Shown: positions 12,301 through 27,300 of the stretch, one piece after another
How positions within the stretch are numbered: position 1 is the stretch's first letter
Layout: every line of letters starts with the position of its first letter
NCBI RefSeq assembly: GCF_031769215.1
Contig: NW_026782301.1
Span: 124,001 to 188,000 of the forward strand
Direction of reading: 5' to 3'
Length of the DNA stretch: 64,000 bases
DNA from: Ylistrum balloti
Taxonomy: Eukaryota
The notes under the pieces: model-generated
What the model saw: only the letters and a program-made list of their open reading frames with translations
Database searches by the model: none
What the model was told of the DNA's origin: nothing
Made by a program: the position numbers and the translations under genes

Positions 12301-15300
12301 TATCTACTTCCTGTCTAGAATGATATATTTTACCTTATCCACTTACTGTCTAGAATGAGAGATTTTACCTTATCTACTTCCTGTCTAGAATGAGAGATTT
12401 TACCTTATCTACTTACTGTCTAGAATGATATATTTTACCTTATCTACTTCCTGTCTAGAATGATATATTTTACCTTATCTACTTCCTGTCTAGAATGATA
12501 TATTTTACCTTATCCACTTACTATCTAGAAAGAGAGATTTTACCTTATCCACTTGCCGTCTAGAATGACAGATTCTACACTATCCCACTTCTCGACTAAA
12601 ATGACAGATTTTACCTACCTTAGCAATCCGCTTTCCTCCAGTCATCTCACTCTTCATCTTTGCAAAATAATGGTAGTAGGAGGCAACGTAGGTGATGATG
12701 GATTTCTCATCGGGCCGGTTAACATCAACATCTAGATTACAATACAAAACTATTCTTATTATTTCTTAACCTTGTTTTCATAAAGAAAAAACTAACTTTA
12801 ACCAACATCTAACTAGTATGTTTATAATAAAGAGCAATTTAATAAATAATTATGTTCCAGAATAAATATTGTTAATAGGAATTAAAAGTAATATCATTAT
12901 CATTCTTTCCCTTTCCAGGTGTAACATTATGAAGGTTTAGTTACCACAAACACACTACAGCTTTTCCTTTTATGATAAATCACTCTGATCAGTAGCATGT
13001 TTATAATCATCCACATTGTAGGTCCTAAAAGACAGTATAAGTATCTACAGATATTGTTTAACCTTACCCTCAGCATCCAAGATGGGTGGAATACCAAGTT
13101 GGCTGTTGGCACATGTAAAGGCATTGTTGAGGTTTTCTATATGCTCGTCTGGGGCTAGTCTGTCATAATCTATCAGGTCAGGTCTACAAAAACAATAGCC
13201 ATCTCAATCAATAATCCAAAACTTTTGTATATGTATGTACCAGTACTAGACTTCAACATCAGTTTTTGTTTAAATAATGGCTTCTTTAATATACAATATT
13301 ACACAAACAGATTATATGAATGATGTCACAACCTTAATTCCTTTGTAGTTTGCTCAAAGCCTCTGCACCTTGCTCAACATTCTTGCATTTTTGTATAAAA
13401 TAACAAGCAATACCTTCCGCAATGTTTTGAGATCTTTTCACAAAACACTACACACTTTATAGAGTAAAAACCACTAAAGTTTAACATATTCTTCAATATT
13501 TTTGCACTTTTATCAGCTTAATGTCCCATTGCAGGAAATCAAAGTGTTTTCTATAACAGCTGAACTGTAATTCTGACACTTAAAGCTAAATTTGGAGTAA
13601 ACAATTTCCTTATATATTGATTTGATTTCTCTATGTTCTGATTACAGGATTCACCTTCTGATTACAGGATTCACCTTCTGATTACAGGATTCACCTTCTG
13701 ATTACAGGATTCACCTATCTATAAACATGTGAAAGTGACTGCTCTACAAAGGTTAGGAAGTGACCTCTCTAAACAGGTCAGGTTTACTTTTAACATATCT
13801 GAACAAGTGTGAGAATCATAACTTGTATAAACTAGATGTACAGGTAAGGCTGACCTCTACATCTCTGCACAGGTATGAATGGCCTCTCTAAGTATGGAAC
13901 AGGACAATCTCTGCAGGTATTGAAAATACTCTACACAGGTGACACTCTGCTGAGTGCACTGAAGCAAAGATATTTTTTCTTACCTGTGGGCATGAATAAG
14001 AGCATTGAATCCCAGGCCATTTCTCCAGCTGTTAGAGAAGTTTGTAATGTTGACACCAGGATATCTGCAATAAGAGAGGAAAGGGAGATAATCCATGCAG
14101 TACTATTACCACCTACTACATTCAACTTCACCAGTATACATGTTACCATTAGTTTTTTTCTTCTGTTTCTTCATCTTTGTCAAAGAAAGATCCTTTATCT
14201 TAAATCAGAATTCAAACCTTACTATCAGACTGATTAGTTATATAATAAACCAGAAGTAGTGTAATATTGTGTGCACACTTGCACTTACATTATGTCATTT
14301 TATAATGTATGATAAAGTAAATGTTATTTATGATGTAGTTCAAAAAAACATAATTTTATACTGTAATCAGGAGGGAGATAACAGTGCATGTGTGGTGAGG
14401 TATTCCTACTGTTCATCATGTATTAAAAAGCAGGTGCTTTTGGACATTGTGTAACAGATATTTTCTTTAAGTTTCATTAAATATGAATGGTGTCAAAGGT
14501 TTGCTAAGTATATTTATATATAGACAAGTGCTTTGGGGAGAGTGCTATTGTTTTCTCGCAAATATCATTGTCACCTGCTTTTACGATCTTTCCTGTAGGG
14601 AAATTAAAAGTGAATCATCAAAACCAGTGACATTTGCAATGTTGACATTTGTAGGGTTTTAGACCCATGCATCTCTGTGCCTGTAGCTTTTTATAGTACA
14701 TTACGAATATAACACAATAGTAAGGCTTTAATTGTAACTTCTAGGTAAATTTACTATTTTATTGCTAAGCCAGCAAAATCCTTGCCAAGTTCCTACCATT
14801 AAGCCGTAGTAATTAACATCTGATGAAATAGTTACTGCCAGGTAGGATTTATTCATGAGAGACATCTATAAAAATAACCTTGCATTATCATTCTAACTTT
14901 GCAAAACACCTTGGCTTAGCCAGGTAAATCAATTTTACTGCTCATAACAAAACCTAGCAATAACCTCAGACAGTAGACAGTGATATAGACGTCACACGAT
15001 GTGACTCACTGCCCATACTCAAGTAAATACAAGCTGATATTCAATATTTTAAAAATACAATCCAAATTCACAGAAAACCTGTTTCAAAAACATAAAGAAG
15101 ATTCAATGAAACAGGACTATAACACTTTACACAGTAAATTACTGTGTGCTTTTTGTATTTTGAAATCCATATTTCTACAATCTGTTGCCTTCCATGTCTT
15201 TATACATAACCTCACTATTGGCTTTGTCAATAAATGACTTGATGATGATAAGTATTGACACTCCTCCCAGTCAAATCACATATCCTGGTGATGTTTTCTG

Positions 15301-18300
15301 CAAATCTATTCATTTCTCTTTCTGATGTCTTTAAACTACATGAACTTTTATAGAACACTCTAAAAGATCCCATTTTATTTACATCATAATAAACATATGT
15401 TATTCAGGAAATAATGAGATTGAGAATGAAGTTTGACCTTGAAGTGTCTCTCAGCAAACAAAACATATATAGATTGGTCTGCAACTAGAAGGACATATAC
15501 TGGTATGCGATGTTACCAGTACACAATTATAGATTAGACGTTTAGGGGCATTATGAATATCTAACAGTATCAGGCCTAAAATTATCTACATCTGTTCAGT
15601 GAGATATATTATCAACAAAAATACTAGAAAGATTGCGGACAAAACTGATCAGCTTCTGTATGATTGTACATAGTACCACGGGAAAATCAAGCACTTATCC
15701 ATAGCCTGAATTTTGAATTGGCAGAAACCAACAGACACATTACGCAATAATCTGAATAATTTAGTAGTAAACACAAACCTCACTCCCCTAGAATATCTTT
15801 AATAGGTACATAGCATACAGTGACATTCCTATCACCCTAGTGTATGCATCAGAAACTCAACTAAACCACAGGTGATGAATAATTTGTGAATTGTGTTGCC
15901 TACTGCTAAGAAGAATGCTTCAGTCTATAACAGGTTAGAAAGTCTCCATCTGCAATATCACACCATACAGTAACACCCTTCTCTCTACATACAGGGTAGT
16001 AATTCTCTAAATATCACACCATACAGTTAAACATTTCTCTATATATACAAGGTAGTCTTCACCGTACATGCATGCCAGTGATTTTTTAATCCACAATCTA
16101 TTATACCATATCCTGAGTTTTGTGGGATAAAAACTTACCCCTGAGTTTTTCGTTGACACCATAACAGTAAGGCATCTTTAGCTGATCTTTTCTCCGAAGA
16201 TTCTTCATCCTAAAGAGAATAATATCACACACATGAATATATATGTAGAGTTTTTTAGGCAATGTTAAGAAACAATAATAAAACTAAACAATATGGATAT
16301 AACCTGTTTTGGAAGTAGATGATTGGGCTAAGAATACCACAAAACATCCATAATTTCATGAGCCTTAATAAATTTGTCAATTACTGGGGGCTTTATCTTA
16401 TGGATTCATAATGATTCTGCAACTATTGGCTTCTGTCTGAAAGGGAGATAACCGCAAATCTTGGAGCTGATTTTAGCTTGAATTCAAAGTAACAAAAACC
16501 TATATTTGATAAGATGTTGTAGTATTCACCTGGATGTTTCTACATGTGAACATTGAGATATAGTATTAGAGATATGGAACAAATACATAAATTTAGGCAA
16601 CATTCTATCTACTAATATGGGTGGAGCCATAAGAATCTCACCACTTCTATTTCAATCTCCTGGATCTGGAAGCGAAGGATTATAGTCCATATAAGGCCAA
16701 GGATGAGTCGAGGATTTCCATCTACAATATCTTCTGCTCCAATATTCTCAAAGTACACCTGCAATAGAAGACATTGATCACAGCTTCTATCATTTATAAG
16801 AAAATTGCACTGTTGTCTGACTTTTGAAAGAATATATAACCAGGTATCTTGTGGCTTTGATATAACAAACATACTGATCTATATAAATACATTAAGATCA
16901 AGCACTCATTAACATACAAGCAATATTTGTTTTTTAATGATTATGAGACATATTAAGTAAAGTGTGGTGATGATAATACCATCTGCTAATCAGAAACACC
17001 ACAATATAACTTGATATTAAGATGTTCTTTACAACACGATACATGTACTGTTTTTATTGGAACATGACAAGCTGCAACTTTTTTAGTGGGGCTCTTTTCA
17101 TGAAGTCAAATAAGGACCCCAATACCATTATCAATTTTCTTCCAAAATTAAATAAAAAGCCAATTTTTGCCAATGACTGGGAAAAAGCCCTGCAATAACT
17201 CCATCCATGCAAGAGAGTTTTCATCAATAAAGTTTTAAAATAGCCATTGTATCTTTATAGAGAACCTTTGTTCTAGATTGACACACACTACATCTAAAAC
17301 CTGAAGATTTATACTAAAAAATTATCAAAGTTAGTAAAAGCATATCACAGATCAGAGCTCAAACAAATCGTAATGACATTCCAGAATGAACGCAATTCTA
17401 AATACTGTATCTCTTCCGCATCAATGCTTCCAATAAATCGCCCCACAGCTCTACAAATGAAATTCCTTATCGGAACAGAGTTCTAGTTATTCTTGTTTGG
17501 ATGAGTGAACACCTCCCCGACAGGATGGACCTGTTGTTGAATATTTTCTACCCGTACATCAACATTAAGATTCACACCTCAACAGTATCACCTGTCACTT
17601 TTTACAGTGAATTTCAGTTTCATTCTAGCCCGTTAAAAAATCAGTGCACGTCCCAGGACAATGTAATTTTACCTTCAAAGTATTTTGAAGAAGTCATTAA
17701 CACATCATATATTTTTCAACAGTATATTGTAGGGAATTCATAGGCCACATTATCTATGCCTTAGGGATATATTTATACAGTATAAAGTGTTTTCTTGGTC
17801 CAGTGAACAAACAAGATCAGCAGTTTTGATGTGTTCTTTACTAAAAGGTTTCTTGTCAACGGAACAAAAAAAATGATGATAGATTCACTGACCAATGGAA
17901 TAGATATAACGAGACAGATTCGTCTTGAAATACAGCATCCATATCAGCCATACTTATTGGTTTCTGCCAACTTCCGTACTTTTATGAAAAGGAAATTGTT
18001 GGGAGTAATTTTGTTCTTTTAACATCCCACACTTGTCAGACAGGTTTGAATGGGCTGCTTTAATAACACAGCCTACAACAATATTTTCCTGTAATAAACC
18101 CACAGGGTCAACACATCAACTATAACTCTGACTCTGGGGGTACATGGGCTTATTATTGGACTACACGTCTGGGGGGTACAAGGGCTTATTATTGGACTAC
18201 ACGTCTGGGGGGTACAAGGGCTTATCATTGGACTACACGTCTGGGGGTACAAGGGCTTATCATTGGTCTACACGTCTGGGGGTACAAGGGCTTATCATTG

Positions 18301-21300
18301 GACTACACGTCTGGGGGTACAAGGGCTTATCATTGGACTACACATCTGGGGGTACAAGGGCTTATCATTGGACTACACGTCTGGGGGTACAAGGGCTTAT
18401 CATTGGACTACACCTCTGGGGGTACAAGGGCTTATCATTGGACCACACGTCTGGGGGTACAAGGGCTTATTATTGCACTACACGTCTGGGGGGTACATGG
18501 GCTTATCATTGGACTCTGACTCTGGGGGTACAAGGGCTTATCATTGGACTACACATCTGGGGGTACAAGGGCTTATCATTGGACTACACGTCTGGGGGTA
18601 CAAGGGCTTATCATTGGACTACATGTCTGGGGGTACATGGGCTTATCATTGGACTCTCAGTCTGGGGGGTACAAGGGCTTATTATTGGACTACACGTCTG
18701 GGGGTACAAGGGCTTATCATTGGACTACATGTCTGGGGGTACATGGGCTTATCATTGGACCCCGAGTCTGGGAGTATATGGGCTTATCATTGGACCCCGA
18801 GTCTGGGGGTACAAGGGCTTATTATTGGACTACACGTCTGGGGGTACATGGGCTTATCATTGGACCCCGAGTCTGGGAGTATATGGGCTTATCATTGGAC
18901 CCCGAGTCTGGGGGTACATGGGCTTATCATTGGACTACATGTCTGGATGTATATGGGCTTATCATTGGACCCCGAGTCTGGGAGTATATGGGCTTATCAT
19001 TGGACCCCGAGTCTGGGGGTACAAGGGCTTATTATTGGACTACACGTCTGGGGGTACAAGGGCTTATTATTTGAATACACGTCTGGGGGTACATGGGCTT
19101 ATCATTGGACTACACGTCTGGGGGTACAAGGGCTTATTATTGGACTACACGTCTGGGGTTACAAGGGCTTATTATTGGACTACACGTCTGGGGGTACAAG
19201 GGCTTATTATTGAATTCTCAGTCTGGGGGGTACAACGGCTTATTATTGGACTACACGTCTAGGGGTACATGGGCTTATCATTGGATTCTCAGTCTGGGGG
19301 GTACAACGGCTTATTATTGGACTACACGTCTAGGGGTACATGGGCTTATCATTGGACTCTCAGTCTGGGGGTACAAGGGCTTATTATTGGACCCCGAGTC
19401 TGGGGGTACATGCGCTTATCATTGGACTCTCAGTCTGGGGGTACATGCGCTTATCATTGGACTCTCAGTCTGGGGGTACAAGGGCTTATTATTGGACCCC
19501 GAGTCTGGGGGTACATGGGCTTATCATTGGACTCTCAGTCTGGGGGTACAAGGGCTTATTATTGGACCCCGAGTCTGGGGGTACATGCGCTTATCATTGG
19601 ACTCTCAGTCTGGGGGTACATGGACTTATCATTGGACCCCGAGTCTGGGGGTACATGGGCTTATCATTGGACTCTCAGTCTGGGGGTACAAGGGCTTATC
19701 ATTGGACCCCGAGTCTGGGGGTACATGCGCTTATCATTGGACTCTCAGTCTGGGGATACATGGGCTTATCATTGGACCCCGAGTCTGGGGGTACATGGGC
19801 TTATCATTGGACTCTCAGTCTGGGGGGTACAACGGCTTATTATTGGACTACATGTCTGGAGGTATATGGGCTTATCATTGGACTCTCAGTCTGGGGGTTC
19901 AAGGGCTTATTATTGGACTACACGTCTGGAGGTATATGGGCTTATCATTGGACCCTGAGTCTGGGGGTACAAGGGCTTATTATTGGACTCTCAGTCTGGG
20001 GGGTACAAGGGTTTATTATTGGACCCTAAGTCTGGGGGTACATGGGCTTGTTATTGGACCCGGAGTCTGTGGGTACATGGGTTTATCATTGGACTACACG
20101 TCTGGGGGTACAAGGGTTTATTATTGGACCTTAAGTCTGGGGGTACATGGGCTTGTTATTGGACCCGGAGTCTGTGGGTACATGGGTTTATCATTGGACT
20201 ACACGTCTGGGGGTACATGGGTTTATCATTGGACCTTAAGTCTGGGGGTACATGGGCTTGTTATTGGACCCGGAGTCTGTGGGTACATGGGTTTATCATT
20301 GGACTACACGTCTGGGGGTACATGGGTTTATCATTGGACCTTAAGTCTGGGGGTACATGGGCTTGTTATGGGACTATATGTCTTGGGGTACATGGGCTTA
20401 TCATTGGACTATATGTCTGAGGATTACATGGGTTTATCATTGAACCCAGAGTCTAGGGTTACATGGGTTTATCATTGGACCCCGAGTCTGGGGGTACATG
20501 GGCTTGTTATTGGACCCCGGGTCTGGGGCTACATAGGCTATCATTGGACCCCAGGTCTGGGAGTTCATGGGTTTGTTATTGGCTTTATCACTTATTGCAA
20601 CGTTATAAGCAGACATGTGCCATGTAAATTAAATACAGGGCTGTACAGTCATATCTTACCTTTGTAGCTAAAAATTTCAGACATCTACTGCAGTTTTCCA
20701 CTTTCTGTACTCTCATTAACCCCTTGTTGGGTTTTCCAACTGTTTCTCCCGAAATGATCTCCAACAGTTTCATGAGAATCTTGCCATCTGCCAGATCTGT
20801 AAAGAGATCCTTGATTTCCAGTCTTGCCTGCAACAAAGAAGACAAACACATTAGAATTACTTCATCAACATTACAAATATCAAAACAACCCTTCAATTTT
20901 CAGTACATTGAGGTTTTTTCATGTTTTTTGTAATTGGGATACAAAGAAAGGTGTAGGTACCATATTTGCATACTAAAGTTATGGTAATTAATACTGAAAT
21001 AAAATGTTAAATTTTGAATCAAACACATAATTACATATAATGGTGTGAAAAAAAAACAAAGACAGGATTATAGATGTCTGCTTACACAGATAGACTTAAC
21101 ACAAGTTGTACATTATAACGATATCAGACTTAACACAAGTTGTACATTATAACCATATCAGACTTAACACAAGTTGTACATTATAACCATATCAGACTTA
21201 ACACAAGTTGTACATTATAACCATATCAGACTTAACACAAGATGTACATTATAACCATATCAGACTTAACACAAGTTGTACATTATAACCATATCAGACT

Positions 21301-24300
21301 TAACACAAGTTGTACATTATAACTATATCAGTCATATGTAAGAAGATAATACAGATATGGTACAGCCATGTGACTTGTTCCTGTACTACCATTACACAAT
21401 ATAATACTATATATATAATATGTAACAAAAGCAGCAGCTATTTTTGTGTTACTATTTTGATCAAATACACATTGACTATGCATGGATAGGGACTATAACA
21501 ATCAGAAAGGGCAGAAAAAAGTAGTGCAAGACAACCTTTAAATCATGACAGCAAACTTATAATAATTCTTTGTTTTCATGAGACACTTTGATTCCAATTC
21601 AGCAGCTAATGATTTTGTAAATCTTTAACAGTGAACATTGAAGGGTTTCAAATCTCAAGAGTATATAAGGGTTTGGCGATACCTAAATACTTCTTACTTT
21701 TAATACCTTTTTTATAGAAAAATTTATTTCTCAAGCTAGAAAAGACAGGTGTGCTTAGATACAGATACCTTACACATGTTAAAGGACAGGTGTAAAAGTT
21801 CATACCTGTAATGTGTACTGGGTCCAGGTCAGTTATAATTATATACCAACTAGAATATCCTGACAAAGCATTTAATTGTAATAGCTTTTCAATTACAGAT
21901 TTTTTACTAACAGACATCAAATTTTCATTATTTTCATAATTCTTTGTTTTTATATCAAATATTGGATTCAATCTAAATATGTGTAGACATCAGTATTGTT
22001 TATTACCAGAAGAAACTTGTCTTAAATGTATTTATTACAGGTCAATGTTATTTCTATTAACTTCTTAAATTATAATTGTAATATTTTATATCTAATCTTC
22101 ACATGATAAAGAAAAAGAGTATGCAGTGTAACCTGTGTGTGGTTGATAGTTCCACATACATTGTACAAGTGTTCTGTTTACCTGGCTGTGCCTGTTAATT
22201 AGCTGACAGAACATCTAATGTATTACGAGTTATAGGTATTTCTTGCCCTGTCCGTCTATCTGTGATCAAGACAGATTACACGGAGGTGTTGACATGGCTC
22301 TATTTATCTTGTGCATTAAGACATGAGGCACATGTTCCCTAAGCAAAACCAACAACTTTTTTTGAGTCAGTGCAAATGTAACACATTGAATCCAAAGAGA
22401 TTAAGATATCCAAATAAAATATTTTCACAGGCTATTTTTTTTTCAGAAACGTCACCTCAAGCAAGTTCACCTGGGTATACAGCCTTGTTTGGTAACAGTA
22501 TAACCCTACTGTTAGTACAATCCTGGGAATTATCAGACCATAAACTGTGCCCTATCACTGAAAATGTGTAATTCAGTATAAGTGAGCATGGCATAGATTT
22601 TATCTGATTGAAGGTTTGGACTTAAATTTGTCCTCACCTGTATAAAGGTGTGGTATGTTACCAGGTATAAGATGTATTGTTGCTATTATCTCACATAATG
22701 GTCGGGGAGGTAACACAACAAAAACATTACACAGGACACTTTAATATCCTACTTAGGATTTACTGTGGTCTAAAATCCCACTAGTTTCTTACACATGTGT
22801 ACAGAAATCAATTAACCTTTGGGCTCATGCATGTTTTACCACTGCTATTAGAAAGTCAACAAGAAAATGATACCAGTGACATACATATCTAAATGACTTA
22901 GAGCAAGCCATTTCGTTCCTCATATTTACCGTAGGCTGGAGTATATAGATATCATATTATTTCATTTGGGAAGATCAGATTATACCTCAGAAGTGTGTGA
23001 CACTGAACATTTGAAAAAGAAAATTCATCCAAGCATGCTACAAGTGCCCTGAAAAATCATAATATTGTGTGCATTTTCATTATTCAGAACCTGGTAAAAG
23101 AATCATAAATTGAAAAAAAATTAAGGTTTGGCCCCTTTGACTCCGCAAGTGGGTCAAGGCCATTCATTTGAACAAAAATAACTTATAACCAACCCTTCAT
23201 TAGAACACACTAAGTACTGATCAAATAACATCACCCTGAGCCTTTATTCAGAACAAGATATTTGTAACATAAAGTGTGTAATTCTTCTTCTTAGACCCCA
23301 ACACCTTCAGTAACTAATAACTTCACAGAAAACCAAAGTGAAGACATTACACACATTATACATGTGTTTAAAATTACAATGACAAAATACCCATTGCTTG
23401 AACATGATGGATTCAAATAATGAATAGATAAATATTTATAGATATTAATATTTTAACATATTCTACTGTATACCTACATGTGTCACCATTGCTTAGCATG
23501 ACGAATCTGTGAGGGGAAATCAATAGATGTCATGCATATTTCTTATACATCATATCTTACAGCTAAATCTCATTTAACACCTAGTCTGAAAACAAACATA
23601 CTAAATTGTCAAAACCTGTATTTGTACCTTACTTGTGTCTTCAAATTTTGTAATGTTTTCCACAAGTTACTGTAATACCCGACCTGTACATATGTACTCA
23701 ACATTTCTGACCCAGTATAAAGTAGCTGTGTTGAATACAAATAAGGAGAGTTGATCAAATGAACCCTGTGTGAACTAAGCTACATTGACCATATTGTCTT
23801 TCTTTCCTTACATCAATCAAGCGTATCTAAAACAATGTAATTAACACTAGTATTTTTATCACAGGTTACTGGTGTGTTCAACAACCTTACAAACATGTAT
23901 ACACATTGTACAGGCAGTCCTTTGATAGTCTTGTGATAACAGGTAAACAAAACATTTCTGCACGTAACATATTCCTAACAGATTAAGTGTGACAACAAAA
24001 CACATCATCAAGATATTCTATTACATTTATAATTTTTTTATCTGTTGATACATGTGGAATATTGAATATTTCAAATTTTGACAGGTAACCCATTACAAAT
24101 TTTGACAGGTAACCCGTTACGTTACACATTTTGACAGGTAACCCGTTACACATTTTGACAATAACCAAATACACATTTTGACAGGTAACCCGATACACAT
24201 TTTGAAAACAAATCCACCTCCAATCATACGCATGTCTGAGTATTTGTTACAGGACATCAAACTGACACCCATTTCATAGATTCTCAGAGCATAGATTTGA

Positions 24301-27300
24301 TCATTCATGCTATTTATCAACTTAAGCATATGCTACTGCTGTAACAACACAGAGGGGAAAAAAGGGCTGTAGGCAGGATCTAGGCCAGATATAAAACAAA
24401 CTACATCACTACTACCATGACCATCATATATGATAAATACATCAGTGTAATTACATTGTAACTACAGTAGAGATGACAAGGTCATTGTCTGGGCTGTGTG
24501 TGTCTGCCCGAACAGTCTGCAACAGGCTTAAAATCTACTGCCTTAACATACCTATCCCTACTCTGTATCTATATTGTTGTGACATGCCCTTAATAGCGCT
24601 GTAACTGAATACCAGTTCAAAGTCATTAGCCTTAAGACAACTGAAGAATATTCTACTTTCAGAAAAGTCTTTATTTTTAGAAAAGCAGGTTTTTGTGAGC
24701 AACTGAATTTGGGACCTTTATGGGTAACATATGATAGAATCTCAAAATCTGCTGTCAAACCTTTAGGAGCTCGCCCTAACCAAGAGTGATAAATGGATTA
24801 ACATCTCTCCTCAAATTATCCACCAGTTTATGAGTGCCATGTTGTTTACCTCCAAGCCATGTCATACTTGTTACTTAAGGTGTTCCCTTAGATACACACT
24901 GACCCAAATGTCCATTTGACTTGGAGAAAACCAACTGTGTGCAATGTTTTACAATTAAGCAAGACAGCAGTTTTATATCAATATCTTTATTCACACATGA
25001 TGGCTAAAGATTTTTCTAACGGGAAAATCAAATAATCACCACTTCCAGTAGTGGTTTATTATATAACAGTCTAAACAAAAGCAGACAACCTTGCTCTGGA
25101 CAGGTATGTTATATACGGTCTTATTACAAATACAGGTATGTAAAGGTGAGACTGATTCACTCTAAAACATGACCAAATAAGAATTATTGTAAAGTGATGG
25201 TCAAGATTTCTGGCACCAGTCAGACCAATAAAGAGTAAGCTGGTTGTTTGTTGCCTGGCTATGGGTTATTTCTGTTGGTCTACCTGGGACGGAAGACAGC
25301 AATCATCGAATCAATACCTTACCTGGCTACAGAATTATGTAGAAACGATAACTAGATATGCCAAGGGATCAAGTGTACAGGGCATGCGTACAACTCTGAA
25401 TTCCACAGGGTAATCAATTTGATTGGCATAGGTACTTAGCTGATTGATTAGTTATATATTCCACAATGAAGCCTCAATGTGGCACATCAATAAACTTTCA
25501 CTAATCTTACAATTATCATTTAAATCATATCAGCAACTTTAAATGCTTCATAAAAAGATTACATTCTGGTGAAACAAATTCAGCGACATACTTGCTAGAA
25601 ATTGCAATTCTACAGGAAATACTTTATAGAGTATACAGGCGGACAGTTTATGCACCAACAAGACAATGAGATGACAGTGAGAAAAAGTGATTACATTTCT
25701 ACAATGCTACTAGAGACTGTCTAAGGTTTGGGGGTGGGCTTATTGCAGAATGGTGAAATAACATTTGTTTGTAATTCTACTGTTGAGCAACAGATATAGG
25801 CCAATTTATCAACAGAAATGGTTTCAGCTAGCAGACAAGTATTTCTAAATTCTGATCTTGCCCATAAAAACACGTTCAAAATTTTGAATTTAAATCAAGG
25901 AAAATCTTACTTTGTTCAAAATTAATAACCTTGAAAACCGTTACAAGAAAAAAACTTGATGAACTCCTTTTCTGTGTTTATTATGTTCTCTAAGTTGTTC
26001 ATTACAGCCTTCAATTGTCATTATACTCATATTTCCTTCCTGAATAAAAGAGACAAAAATTATCTAAAAACTTGAATGTATTTCCCGGTACAATGAAGTG
26101 TCCTCATTGTGAAAATGAAGTGAAAAGTGTTATAATAAGGCAGCAGTAGACAGGCGTTGACGAATGCATCAATTTCTCACTTAATAACTAATCATAATTC
26201 TAGTGTACCCTTAGCATTCTCTGTGTCTTATCACAATCCAGACATGCTGTACACCTGCAAGCTCATGTCGACATTCAAATATCCAGATATTTAGATACCT
26301 AATTCAGAATTCAAGGACTTATGGTTTCTTTTAAATCTGTTTGTAAAACTTGCAAGGAAGGCCTGAAAACATGGTCGGTGATTAAAACATAATGATACCT
26401 GTAGTCTGCATAATTTCACACCACGGCTTGAATACAATTTTAATCACAAATTATCACCAACTGCTTGACTGACTTTTAGCAAGATAGAACGGAAGGAGAC
26501 AACTTTCAGTAGAAATTTCAGAGATAGATAGTAATATGACTCAGCATCTGTGATTGTCATCCAAACTTGAATAACGAAATAAAAATAAAGATGATTTTGT
26601 ATCAAGATGCACAAAGTCTGATAAAATAAAATGGTTTCTGCTAGGGTGGTCTTCCATTCTTTTTTCTGTAATGAGTCTTCTTGTACTTGAAATTGCCTGG
26701 GAATATCTACAGGTGATACAGAGCCAGATCTAGGACAGAATCACTTTACCTCAGTGTCTGCAGGTAGCCATACAGGGTTTTGTACAGTTTTTGACTGCAT
26801 ATGTAGCTGCTAAATTGCAATCAGTGTACAAATGCTATGAAAAGCAAACAAGAAAAATACCCCAACTCTCACACAAAGTATTTTTTTGTAAACTTTCTAT
26901 CAATAGTAATCATGACCTTGACCTTGGAATCCTGAAAAGTTAACTTTTTCTGAAGTATTATGGTTATTTATAAAGTTCAAAAATCTAACTAACAGTAAAA
27001 TGAGGTTGATAGATTGACATCAGAACAAAAGAAAACGATAGGAAACATGAAGGACATGAATTAAATGCTTAATCTCCACAGTCACAGATTATCCCATAGA
27101 AAACACTGAAATCCCTACATTATACATGGTCTGATCAGTAAACCTTTGTCCTTGAACAAAAGAGGATACACAATTGTCACTTGTACGTATACTGATGGTG
27201 TCTAGCTTATACAGCCTGCAGGACATTATAAATTACATGTGCATGAGAATTATAAATGAAATCTGTATAACAGATTTAAATACTGAAACAATACACAAGA

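Noticed and set aside
13875-14237. 120-aa + strand ORF and 72-aa - strand ORF
   Set aside because: Shadow/alternative frames over true spectrin exon 5 (13984-14064)
17360-18000. Protein-like snippets on the minus strand (e.g. [18 protein letters not shown]; [22 protein letters not shown]) with a mild CpG bump
   Set aside because: Short, in different frames and interrupted by stops, with no recognisable family or usable splice sites; a BLASTX would be needed
18144-20667. Seven overlapping long ORFs (up to 524 aa)
   Set aside because: They are translations of the 35-bp minisatellite; the same peptide words appear in all three frames, and they lie antisense in a spectrin intron
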